DNA of 64,000 bases from Lepidodermella squamata (taxonomy: Eukaryota; Animalia; Gastrotricha), in contig JBLDXI010000032.1 in the NCBI GenBank assembly GCA_047495785.1, positions 3,534,001 to 3,598,000 of the forward strand. Reading direction: 5' to 3'. The position numbers and the translations under genes were made by a program. Position 1 is the first letter of the stretch, and every line of letters begins with the position of its first letter. The notes beneath the pieces were generated by a model. The model had not been told where the DNA came from, made no database searches, and saw nothing but the letters and a program-made list of their open reading frames with translations. This document shows positions 12,571 through 24,442 of the stretch, piece after piece.

Positions 12571-13257
12571 ATTATTGTTTTATTCAAGGTGAATATTTGG
12601 AACTATTACCGGGGCTTGTTTTGAATGCGGCTTTTATTCTTCCCCGCTCAGATCAGCCTACGACTGTTTTTATTCGAACCGTGAAAAACATTTGTATAGA
12701 TTACATTATTATTTTAATGAGCGTGTTTTACGCCCGATTTGACGTAAATATCGGACATCGATGTTATTTGTTCTAATTTTTCAGGCGGCAATCATTATTT
12801 TTGTTCATTTTCAACGACGTCACTTCGCACTTCCGTCAGCACGATTCTAATCTTGGAAATCTTGGAGGATAAAATCGCCTAGGTCTGATGATTTCATATA
12901 TAGCCATTTGCGTTGGAGTGAGAATAAAATTCTGCCCGCAATTTCGACCGAAAATGTATCACCAAGTAACAAAGCGAAATTTTTAATTGAACGTGACTAG
13001 GCAATTTTCAGTCCTTCCTGACTTTGCGAGCAAAAAATTAACCCCACGAAACAAATCAGCTAAAAAATCGGAGGCAGATGGCGAAGCTCATTTCTTTTCG
13101 AGGCGGGTTGGTAAGGTGACTTATGCACGCAGCGGGTCCTACGCGTGATGAAAAATGCGAAGTCACATCCGCCGAGGATGGCGCTATAAAACTGACGAAT
13201 TGAAGCCATAAATTTCGCGCATAATTTCATATCCAACTTTTTGAGATTAACAAAAAA

Positions 13258-13767
13258 ATGTCCGCTAAATATATCGTCTTCAGTATGGCCATCACGGCTT
13301 CTTTAATTTTGAGCGTTTGCTGCGATTCATCCGTCGAAGATCAGGATGAAGATGAGCGAGTTGAGAAGCGCCTCAAGCTGAACTTCGATTTCATGGACGA
13401 AAATTTGTCGTGTGAAAATTGGTACTCGCTGAAGGCGAAGAAACTCGGCATGAGCATGGCTCGGCTAACTCGAAGTATGAACATATTTTTTTTTGCTATA
13501 ATTATTTAATTAATATTTCTATGCATTTCAGCTATTTCGACAACCAAAGATCCTATTCTCACTGTCGAGTTCATCCTGTATTGTATTATGGAAGGCGAAC
13601 CCTTCGACGAACGGCTCGAGGCCATTGAAAAGACCTTGGAGGATGAAGTCGGCGGTGGCGAGACGTTGGCGAAAATTTCAGCCGTGACTACGACTACGCC
13701 AAAGCCAGAAAAGCCGCGAAAGAAGCAGCAACACCTTCGCAAAAGCCGCAGCGCCATGTTGTTCTAA
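13258..13767 (+). CDS. Small secreted protein, CxxW-EFxxxC family copy 6 (intron 13475-13531)
   Basis: Signal peptide; SCENWYSLKAKKLGMSMARLTR|TISTTKDPILTVEFILYCIMEG; basic C-terminal tail. TATAAAA at 13185-13191. Confidence 0.85.
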
Positions 13768-14490
13768 TCAAAACGCCTGTTATTAAATTTTTCTAAATTT
13801 TTCATATTTCCTATACATTCCGATTTGATATTGTGTGGTTCATCTTCTTCTGCAGCACATCATCATTGATAAGGATAGCCGAGAGATCGTGGCCAATTTT
13901 TTTGCACCGAATAAAAACAAGCGTCCAAAAAGGTCCGCCTATTTTTCAGGTGACATAATTGTTGTCGAACTTATTGCGGAGGAAAATACCACGTCATTCA
14001 CACCTCATTTAACCACTGATGGGGCAATTTAATCTATTCAACACTCCACAGCTTGTTTCGCATCAAGCGGAAATAATTAACCGCAAATTTATTAAAATGC
14101 ATTCAATCTAATAAAATTGAGGTAACATTTCCTGAAATGAGCTATAACCGATGATGGGAAAGAAAAATGCGAAACAGAGCGTTATGTAAAAAGACCCACC
14201 GATTTCTTTTTAACAATAGCTTGTTTTTAACCGACGCCTACGAAGCGAGTTGTGATGTGGGCATTTAAACCAATCAAATCGCCCTATTTAAATCTAATTT
14301 TGCGCTCAGTCCCTTTCATAAATAATTTTCCATCTTTTATTGAAAGCAGCCACTTGGGACTAAAATAACTTCGCGTTATACTCCCCCATCTATATAATGG
14401 AGTTATTGTCGTCTGAGCATCATTCTAAACTGATTCTTCCTATTTTTTTTAGCAAACCGTTAGCTTCCTTTGTATTTAATTTATCCCAAG

Positions 14491-14949
14491 ATGTTTCGCT
14501 CGATTGTCTTGCCGCTGGTTTTTCTCGGCCTGGTCGCAATCATCTCAGCAAAACCTTTGAAGAAGGTAGTAAAAAACAGCAAGGGTGCTGCCGTCCCCAC
14601 GACCACAACTGCAGCACCAACAACTCGCATGGGCATCGATGAGGAAGATGGCAATCTCCTAATTGAAATGGCTGACAATGAAGAATCAACGTGCCCAACT
14701 TGGACCCGCAAAATGTCTGACAAACTCGAAATCTCGCCCGAACGCCTAGCTAGCCGTAAGTTCAAATACTTGCCATTTTCTTCTGGTTTAATAAATAGCT
14801 TTTCCTTAGTGGTGACGGAGGGCAAGAACTCGAATTTGGCTTTCGAATTTATGGTCTTCTGCGTGCTCGACGGTCTCCCGATGCAGGACCGCTTGGATAT
14901 GCTGAAAAGCGGCATTTCGTTTCAAGACACCGCGATTTCTGATGCGTAA
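14491..14949 (+). CDS. Small secreted protein, CxxW-EFxxxC family copy 7 (intron 14756-14809)
   Basis: Signal peptide MFRSIVLPLVFLGLVAIISA; TCPTWTRKMSDKLEISPERLAS|LVTEGKNSNLAFEFMVFCVLDG. TATATAA at 14391-14397. Confidence 0.85.
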   Translation: MFRSIVLPLVFLGLVAIISAKPLKKVVKNSKGAAVPTTTTAAPTTRMGIDEEDGNLLIEMADNEESTCPTWTRKMSDKLEISPERLASRKFKYLPFSSGLINSFSLVVTEGKNSNLAFEFMVFCVLDGLPMQDRLDMLKSGISFQDTAISDA

Positions 14950-15190
14950 CACCCGTCGTGATCTTATCCAAAATCGGTGACGGCGATATCTTTTCTCACC
15001 ATTTGAGTTATAGGCTTTTGGCAAAAAAATAATTATGAGAATATTCTTCACTGCATCTCGCATAGAAAATAAGTCTATTAACACAGATTGATTTTCGACT
15101 ATTGACACTCCGGTTACAAATAAAAAGACTCTTGTTGCTTTTTACAATTTTTATTTACAAAACTGCAAGTACAAAGGAATTGTGAGAGTT

Positions 15191-16829
15191 TTACTCAGGG
15201 GGGACGACGAATAAATCACGAATCTTACGATCGGACACAAATTTTCCCTTGAAATCCGAGGGATCGGGTTGCATTGCTAGCCAAACGATCGAATCGGCAT
15301 TACGATCGTCCAAGTTACCCGGTTCCCAATTGCCAAACACGCCAGGGCAGCAGGAGGTGAACACCACGCTTTTCGGCTCCTTTTCCTCATCGAAATGGCG
15401 CTGGTAGCAGGACGCCAGTAAATTGACGCCCATTTTCGCGATGCCTAGGGCGTAGATGCTGCCTAGAGTGAAGTGTTCCATAACGCGTTTTTCAGGTGAA
15501 CCCGTCATACAGCCGTTTTGAGTCTCAAGCACGTTGAGATCTGTCTTCAGAAACAGGTCCATCGCCTCGCTGACTTGCTTTACGCTACGACATTTTCGAA
15601 GCCTCTGCTGCATTACCTCATTAGTATGCATAAAACTTGAAAAGAAAATCCAATAAATAATTCTTTGTTTGCCTGTAATTTTACCTGGCTTGCGAGAACC
15701 TACTGGAAACGAAAATAACCCGTGATTGTTCCGCCATCAGTGGGAGAAGTTCGTCGCAAACTGCAACTGTGTCGAAGTAGTTGCTTTTCACAGTTTCCTG
15801 GAACTTCTCCGGGTCGAACTTGAACCAGCGATCATATTTAGCATCGCGAACATTGGGGAATGATCCGACGTTCAGCACTAGGATATCGATCGATTTGTGA
15901 TCTTCGTAGAGTTCGTCGCGAAATCGGCACAAGTCAGCTGAGCAACTCGGGGCAACTTCTCGAAAATGGGTGTTGTAGCAGTCAAAATCGTTACGTAAAC
16001 GATCGATCGCTTCCTGGCCACTCTTCGGATCTCGCGCTGTCAAATAGCCAGCCCAGTGTTTGTTTTCCGATAGAATATCTTTCATAATCGCAAAGTCGAG
16101 GTCAGTCACCTTTTCGCCACAAGCTACGACTACAACTTTGCCGGGCGTCAGGTCAGGTTGAACGAATTTCGAAAAAATGGCTGGTTCCGATCGCCGTCTC
16201 TCGCCAACTTTCATGCTTGATTGCAAATTCGTATCATTCGCTCGGGAAATTATCGGCGGTTCATTCGTGGCCGTTGGCGTCATCATGTTGTCCTCGCCCA
16301 AATTTTCGATTGAGGATTCATTCAGATCACTGCCTTCAGCTACGTTGTCAGGGTCAGGGGTTTTATCCGAGGCAATTGACCTCGTTGACCAATCGACGCT
16401 CGAGCCTCGGGTGTTTGATACCACTTGGCCATGCGATTCTTCTCCAATCACGTACCGCATTGGTTCAAGCCTGCTATTGCTAGACGACTTGTTGTTATTG
16501 TCATCTGGAGGCTGTTTCGGAAAATGGATTTCAACTCGTTTTGGTGAAGATTCATCGGCTTTTTCGGCTGCCATGATCGACTGAATGTTGGAAGGAGGAT
16601 CGATCGGTAGCTCGACCTTGACGTCTTCTTCGTTGTTCGGGGTTCCGGGCGGCGTGGCTGGATGATCGTCGATATTTCGTTCACCCGTCGGCGGCAAAAC
16701 ATCGCTAGAGTCTCCTTCTTCTCTCGCCTCCGTTTTAGTCGATGATTTCTTGTGAAACACTTTGCGTAGCACCTGAAAGCGAAAATAAACTTAGGTATCG
16801 AATATGCTGAAAACACATGCCTTCTCCAT
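15191..16829 (-). CDS. Degenerate carbonyl reductase (CBR1-type SDR) with long acidic disordered N-terminus; intron 15636-15684; probable first micro-exon MEK via GC-AG intron 16773-16820
   Basis: YLTARD...GQEAIDRL, DILVLNVG, NYFDTVAVCDELLPL..RVIFVSS, AKMGVNLL and CCPG follow the CBR1 pattern. Start codon is uncertain. Confidence 0.7.
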
Positions 16830-17015
16830 GGCTTGATCAAAATTGCTACGATAATTGAATGAAATTTCAAAAAGTCAAAAAGTTCACCTTCATATGCAGT
16901 TTTATTACGCAACAACGGAGCGAGAAGCTGAGAAACTACGCAACAGAGATCATCTTTATTATCACAGAAATTATCACAGAAAATCGATTTTCGATGCAGT
17001 CCAGTTCAAAAACTA

Positions 17016-17660
17016 TTAGAAGTCCTCCAAATCAGCGACTCGAACAACTGGAGGCATGTTAAAAGCGGTGATGCTGAGTCCATTTAGCGAGTTGAGTTTG
17101 AAAAATTCCGATTTTAAACGACTCCACGTTGGTATCAATGCGTAGTTCAAGTAACAGCCGACGAAGCAAATCGCAGCGATGATGTCGGACGCGACTAGAA
17201 CGGCTAAAAATATTGTGCTGTCATCTGTTAGCCGGCGAATCGACTCGTCGAGTGAGCGAGGCGTGACGATACCGTAAAGCGATACAATTTTCGTCAAAAC
17301 AACAGTGAAAAACGGGTAGATGATGCGAAGAAATTCCGCCATGGTTGGCCAAGGCATGCGCCACTCAATCAATGGCTTCAAATGCTGACGCGTCGCCTTT
17401 ATGCGGTACCGCTCGAGGCACAACTCGCAGGCCATTTTTGGGTTTGTCAAGGCCGTCAGCGCTTTTTCCAGGCAAGTTTTGTGAATATACGCTACGCTGC
17501 CACGACAACCGCAGACATTTGTGTAGAGATCAGCAACATGACCCGACAAACAAATTCGGCAAAAGTTTTCTGAATTCGCTGGCGTTGACGCACGTTGGCA
17601 GTCATCGTCGTCGTCGAAACTTTTGCGAACGGATATAACAAAATCATTGCTACCTGGCAT
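17016..17660 (-). CDS. RINGv (C4HC3, MARCH-type) membrane E3 ubiquitin ligase
   Basis: CRIC...VCGCRGSVAYIHKTCL...CELC followed by two hydrophobic segments; intronless. Confidence 0.8.
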   Translation of the reverse strand: MPGSNDFVISVRKSFDDDDDCQRASTPANSENFCRICLSGHVADLYTNVCGCRGSVAYIHKTCLEKALTALTNPKMACELCLERYRIKATRQHLKPLIEWRMPWPTMAEFLRIIYPFFTVVLTKIVSLYGIVTPRSLDESIRRLTDDSTIFLAVLVASDIIAAICFVGCYLNYALIPTWSRLKSEFFKLNSLNGLSITAFNMPPVVRVADLEDF

Positions 17661-18188
17661 AGTATTCGAATGTTTAAAATCAGCCTTAAAAACGGTTTTA
17701 CAAAGCTAAAATTCAAATCCCTGTGACCCGTGTGACCGGGTTTTCGCTCTTATCCTGTCGGATGCCGGCTATTGACATAAGGCTTCCTTTGATATAGGAT
17801 GGGACAGGTAGAAGTTGATGGCAGCTATTATGTCGCTTGCAAAATGGCCTATCTAGAATTAATTTCCTGTATTGAGGCATTGGTATAATTGAAAGCATGA
17901 CTGGAGAGAAAAAAATCGCTCGGAATTAAAAACTGCTAATTTTCAAAATTTTGAATTTTTGCCTCATCTAAATAACGCAATCGGAAATTTTAACGCTTGT
18001 TGAAACTTATAGGTATGATTTGTTTGCTACCGTAATGTATCCTAACGTTGGACAAAACAAGTTTTTTAATTACTATAAATTTGGTTTTAGTCAAAAAAAT
18101 CTAAAATAAATTGCCAAACCTTTGCCCGATGAATCCGGATGGGCAGGTAAATTTTGGGGCATTCAGAAGCTCACCTTGATTTTTAAAA

Positions 18189-18710
18189 GGGTCAAGCTAT
18201 TCGTACATAACTATGTACGCGAAAATTGCTATTCGTACATAGCTATGTACGCAGAAATTGCTAATCGTACATAGTATGTACGCGAAAATTGCTATTCGTA
18301 CATAGTTTTTCGCGATTTTTCAGAGTTATTCAAACGGGTGTGGAAATTCGAAATTTGACGATGATAACATGGAATTTCACAGGTAGATGCAGTAAAGTGA
18401 GGCCTATCTAGTGGTCAAATTTCGTCAGAATATCTTCCAAAGTATCCACGCTAGGGTCGGGAAAAACAATTCAAATAATGCCATTTTGCAACTCTACCAT
18501 AGGGGGTCCAATGGTGATTTTTTGAGGGGAGATAGGCCTGATGGTCAGCTATCAGCGCACGAAAAATTAGATCGATGGGATGAAAACTGATTAAGTCGTT
18601 CATCTTAGAAAAAAGCACATCGAAACTATGTACGAATAGCAATTTTCGCGTACATAGTTATGTACGAATAGCAATTTCTGCGTACATACTATGTACGAAT
18701 AGACATTCCG
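18189..18710. mobile_element. Non-autonomous foldback/MULE-type MITE with tandemly repeated TIRs and 9-bp TSD
   Basis: About 33-bp units (GCTATTCGTACATAGCTATGTACGCGAAAATT) at 18196-18308 recur inverted at 18625-18702. TTTTTAAAA direct repeats at 18180-18188 and 18711-18719. Confidence 0.75.
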
Positions 18711-21700
18711 TTTTTAAAAAATAGGTACAGAAACCTCTAAATTTGGACGTTTCGTCCTAAATTTGGACACCTCATTTGCATATGCTAATTCGACCTTACA
18801 CATGTTATTCCTTGTTGCGCAATTTTTCTCGTTTTTAAAGGCGATTTTAGTAGCGACTTGAGACTAAAATAATGCTACCGATAGGATTCACTCATCGCCA
18901 GATTTAATGCAGATGAACGTTTTACCAACTATACACCAGGCTCTTAATATCGTTGAAGGTATTCCTATACTAGGCATTTCTTGTCATTTTGGATTATTCC
19001 ATTTCCGTTTTTATTACCTATTAGTAAGAAGAAATGCAGGTGGGAATATTCCGCATTACTCAATTTTACCTGTGGAATGATCCTGATCATAATATAGCAG
19101 CACCTTGTCGAGATTGCGCGAGTTTATTATTGAGTTATTTGTGTTGTTCCGGATCGATTGCCTGGTTTTGTTGTTATTCCCACGCATTAATTGCTACTTA
19201 CCGGCTCGGCGCCTTTTCCTCCGCCGCATTCCTGTTAGTCGGCGCCGATGTCGGTGCACTTGTCGCCGCGCTGAGCTGGTTTGATGTCATCGGAGACGCC
19301 GGCCGAGATTCCGTTCCGGCTTATATTGCTGCTCGCCGGCCTAAATCCCGGTATCACTTACACGTGTCCTTGAATTAAGACGATGAGGCGTCCGGCTGTG
19401 CGGCGGCGCCCGATTACAACCGGATTAATCGTTGCGCCCGCCGCTCACCTCGATACTTTGCCAAGTGTGTTTACCTCGAAATACCAGGAAAGCACCTAGC
19501 GCCGCAAACCGTTTATGGCGCTAATGTGAAACCTGTCGAGATTTTTCTCATGGCCCACTTGCACACTCGTCTAATTGGATGAGTTATAAGGAGGCGCCAC
19601 TCGAGACACTCAAGATGCGCTTTGATACGGCGACACAGAGAGATTCCAGCGCCCGCCGCCGCCCCTATTTACCGATCACTTTGCGAAACCGTTAAACGCC
19701 GGAAGACTGGCAGTAGTTATTTGTTATTGTTGTGTTTTGCGTTTGCTATACAAAGGTATATTGAAAAATCGAGCAAACACCCAAGTTACGCGCGCGCCAG
19801 CCGCACCTGCCCGTCAACGGGTGTGTCGGCACGCCGCCGCGAGGCGCATCACAATACAGGCGACGTCTTAAGAACCGTTGGCAACTTCTTTGAGCGCCCG
19901 CTTAACCCTTGTTTAGATTTGTTGTTTGTCAACCAATTATCAACCAGTTATATACCTGCGCATTGCCAATTCAATTATTGATTTAAAGAGAGACACCAGG
20001 CATCGCGTTCCAAGGGACACAAGGCAAGTGGGCGGTATTTCAAGTGGTCCATCGTCGAAATCGCCACGTGCAATAAAAACAGTCGCGTCAGGGCAGCAGC
20101 GCACGCGCAGGAAATTAATTTCGCCTGATAGCAAGTGCGTGCGCGCAAGGTGCGCATAAATTTTTGATGCCCCACACCCCGTGACTAGCGCGTGGATGGA
20201 TATATCACGCGAGGCAATCTTATCTCTACTTTCGTCTTCCAGGACAAGCATTGCGTGCGCGAAATTCAATTATCATCAAGTGGTCGAAGAGCCCCACCAG
20301 GTGCCAACGTGTTCATTATTCAGAGGAGCATTCTTCCACACCTCAAGTTTTATCACGCCATAAAATCCTTGGTCTCATATCCGATTGATTCTAACACTTT
20401 CGTGACTAGACGAATTTCCGTCAGCACCGAAATAATTTGAGTAGTTTTCATTTTCATATGTAGGACAACTCTGTTACTCATCCGACGATTAACATTGTCA
20501 CATTTTATTGAGTTTGAGGTATTTGTAATATCTTTTTTTCTAGCTTGATTTATTACCAAGCCTGTTAGGGTCAAAGATTTACAAACGCGTAAAAATGGCA
20601 TGGCTATTACAAACGTTAATTTACTCGCGCTGATAGATCAAGCGTTGAGTAATAAATAATAATAGTTTTGCCGACTAACGCACCTGTTTGAAGCGGCTTG
20701 TATGATGTGATGTTGAGCAATTTATTGCGCGCGCGCTCGCATATTTTTCGCCTCGCTCAATTCAGCACTTTTTAAAGGCGGCTTCGACGTGCGCTAGTAA
20801 TAAATTTTTTTATGATTATTGTTATTATGAACACATGAAGGCGGTGTTGTTGAGTAGTAGTTTTGCAAGGCTAGCAGCTAGCTGGCAGTCGAGAGGCTTC
20901 GCGGCCGTCTCGCGCCGTGTCTCACTTGACGTTTTTAGTGGCAGCGAGAGTCGATGCGCGCACGTTTCGCTTTGAAGTTTCAAGCCTCGAGCCGCGCGCG
21001 CGCGTCTTTCAACGCGCATGATGTATGTGACAGCGGCACGTCAAGTGCGCGCGGCTCGAATTTTTAGCGCCGCGCGGCCGCGAAAGGACACGACATGGTC
21101 ATGTCGGACGGGCGCCGGTTATTAATATAGATTTTCAAGAATAATAATATTACCTGCTTTTCAACAACATCATCAACATCATAACGCTTGGCTTGAAAGG
21201 CAAACGATGTTGCAGCGCGCTCATCAATCATCATAATCATCGCCTTCTCTCTCGCAGTGTGTTTTCAAACTTTTTAACATTAATTTAATGCGCTTGCTTA
21301 GACTTGCGCGTATTATTATCACACAGTATATACTATCCATCTACCTGTATGGTGTTGGTGGTATGTGTCGCCCATTAGCCAGTAAAAAGCCTCGGCACAA
21401 AACTGCCGCCGGCTGTCATGCCAAATATAAGAGCGCGCGCGCTGACAAACAAACATCAACATGAGCGAGCGCCGATGAACAGAACAAGAGCGGGTTAATG
21501 GTAGCCGATAGGCAAACACAAGACACAAACGCCGCCTTCAGGGTAAAGTCGACGTCTGCCCCCACGTTTCTTTCTTACGACTGTCGTCACTTGTATCTTG
21601 TCTTCACGCTAATCCGACACATGCTCTTCCACTAATTTCACTGCCTTGGAAATATTTTCCCAACAGCTCTACTGTGTTTTATATCGTCATTAGCGAAACC

Positions 21701-22586
21701 GGGCCTCTCTTCCTGATTCTGTAATGAATAGGCTTGTTAATAGCGCACTTAATTCCGCAAACTTTCCGCCTCACCAACTTGCGGACATGTTATGAGCGCG
21801 CGGCATCTGGCGGTGTCATTACCGGCGGCGAGTTCAAAGTTAGCGCGACCAGGTAGGTATAAATTAGCCGCATTAGGCGAACGCGCACACGCACGCACAC
21901 GCGTTCGATTTTGGCGCCTTAGCCTATACACCACTGCCGATTGACAGGAGACACGGCGGCGCCTTAAGTGCCAACTTAATAACAGACTGCCAGTCGCCTT
22001 GCCTTTCAACTCGTCAACGCGCCAGGGTTGTTCGCGCCAATAGCAACGGCCGTATTTCTTGTTATCGCACATCGACGCCTGTTTCGCCTTGTTACCGTCA
22101 ACGTCACATCATTGTCAGCCACTGACAAGCTTCATTCTTTTTTTCTGAGGCGGACACGGTGATATCTGTGATTTTTGTCACTCATGCGGTGCTGATTGGT
22201 CAATTCGATATGCACACTTTCCCACTCCTGTCAACTACTTTGTCGCCCGAAATTTTCATCAAAATTGTCATTTACGTCCCAATTGTAGATTGTAGTATAG
22301 TGTTCATTCTGACAAGTCTTAAAAAGTTGAAAACAATTTATGTCACCAGTCTGTCGACTTGCCTCGAAAGAATTATCCCAGCCTGTCTTGTATAATTGCT
22401 GTCTAACATGAGACGACATTTAGTTTTGTTTACTTGTTTTACAACTAATTGATATCATTTCCGTATTTTTCTTAGGGTTTTAGTCGTGAAAAATCAAACT
22501 TGATTACGATAAGACCGTCACGCGCTTCGACCGTACAAGCTATTTAAGCTCAGGCGTGTTGCCCAACGTTGACATTTCCTGTTAAA

Positions 22587-24442
22587 ATGACTTCGACCAA
22601 TAATTCCGAAACGTCTGGCAAGTCCGAGTCTAACAGCGGTGCGTTGAACCTCACCAGTTCGACACCGACCACGGCCGAGCCAGCGCAATCGATCATGTCT
22701 AAGTACATCGATCCTGAAACTGTCGCGCCGCCTCCGACGATTGACCCGAAAACGAACCCACTGGCGTTGCTGGCGCAAACTTGCTCGAACATCGGCAAGG
22801 ATATGCCACCTGCGACGAGCAGCAAGTCGAACTTGATCTCGGTTGAAACTGCCTCGAATTCATCGACGTCGAGCGTTGGGTCTTACTCTCGCCCGGCTAA
22901 AGTTTCGCCGCCTGCCATGCAACAACGCGCACCGTCACAGCAGCAACACCCTCAATCGCTCGCTTTGAAACGCCCACGTGCTTTATCGCCGCCTCAAAAC
23001 TCGGCGAGCCCTGTTGCCAACGGCTCATCTCCTCGCCAGAACTCATCAGCCGCCGATGCGGTGACTAATGCTTTGAACGCTCTGGAGCAGGCTGTTCGAG
23101 GAAACCCGTTATCAGCCGCTCAACAGTTCGATCTCAGCAGTCAGTTGGCTGATTTATCGAAAATGGTTTGTTTTTTTAAAATCTCAAATTTCAAAAATAT
23201 AATTTTGTTTTAATTTCTTAGAATCGATCAGAACCTGGCGCTCCTCCGGCGAAGATGCCGAAGCAGGTTCCCGAACAGCCTGTGATGCCAATGTTGGCGG
23301 CGCAGTTGCTGCAAATGCAGAACGCTAAACAGTCGGCGCCGACTGCAACGCCACTAGCCAACAACAACAACATTCGCCAATCACCCGCTGCCGCCGCCCA
23401 GCCGGTACCGCCTGCCGAACAACAACAGTTCTACGCAGCGTACCTGGCCCAGGTATTGCGTACGTGCGGCGGCCAGGTACCGGCACAGCCACAACAATCA
23501 TCGCCGCTACCGCCCACCCCGCCGCCGCCGCAGCCGGTCGCGCCTCAGCCCCATCAACCTGGCAGTGATATCTGGTCGATGGTTCTCCAATCGTACCAGG
23601 GTAATAAACCCAACAACATCAGTCATCCTGTCCCGGTCGAACCCGCTCAAACCAACAAAGTCATCCCGATTCGCCCCCAGCCCCGTTCATCTACACCTGG
23701 CACTTTCGTTTGCAACTGGCTTGTTGGCCAGTCGTTTTGCGGTAAGAAATTCGCGTCGAAGGAGCTACTGGTCGAGCACGTGTCCCTTGTCCATTGCACA
23801 TCGTCGTCGAACCCTGCTGTTGGCACCAACTCACCGGTTCCAGTCCCCGCACCAGTAATTGCTCAACCTGAACAACAACAACCTGTTGCTGAGGCTCAAC
23901 AACAGTCAAATGCTTTTTACCAAACAATGCTCTACGGCTACCTTCAATCACTATCGGCTGCTGGGAAGAACGGCGCGAAAATGGCGCCGCCCCAGCAATC
24001 GACCGTCTCGCCGCACAGTAATTCAAACTCGAGCAGGTCGGAGAACTCGCCAGTCTACGGACAACAAAACAACCAGGCCCAAAACTTGCAGCATTTGATC
24101 GCTGCTCAAATGGGCGCTGCTGTTAATCGCGCGCCGTCGCCGCCTCGCCATCACCAGCAGCAGGTTGCTCCGATGGACCAACAAGCCGCCCTCGTCGCGT
24201 CGTTTCTTCAGCAGATGAATGCGGCTGCGTCGAATGTTCACCCTCACGCGCCTCAAACCGCAGCGGGGCTCTTGGCGAACCCCGCCTTGGCTCAAATGGC
24301 TACGTTGCTAGCAGCTTCCTCGGCGCCACCCGGTGGCAACGCTGGCTCGGAGATGGATCACTTCATCGCGCGACAGGCTCTTCAACAACAACGCCTTCAA
24401 CACGTCCTCGCTGCAGCTAAGAATTCAGCTCAACATTACTGA
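22587..24442 (+). CDS. NET-family (elbow/no-ocelli, ZNF503/ZNF703, TLP-1) zinc-finger transcriptional regulator; intron 23166-23221
   Basis: Sp motif IDPKTNPLALLAQTCSNIGKD and single atypical C2H2 finger FVCNWLVGQSFCGKKFASKELLVEHVSLVH; Q/P/A-rich. Confidence 0.85.

Noticed and set aside
18196-18308. Regular 33-bp palindromic repeats suggesting a CRISPR array
   Set aside because: No unique spacers, an inverted copy lies 320 bp away, the context is eukaryotic and there are no cas genes; better explained as MITE TIRs.
19034-22419. Many short ORFs upstream of the NET gene
   Set aside because: No homology motifs or consistent splice structure; typical of GC-rich regulatory DNA.
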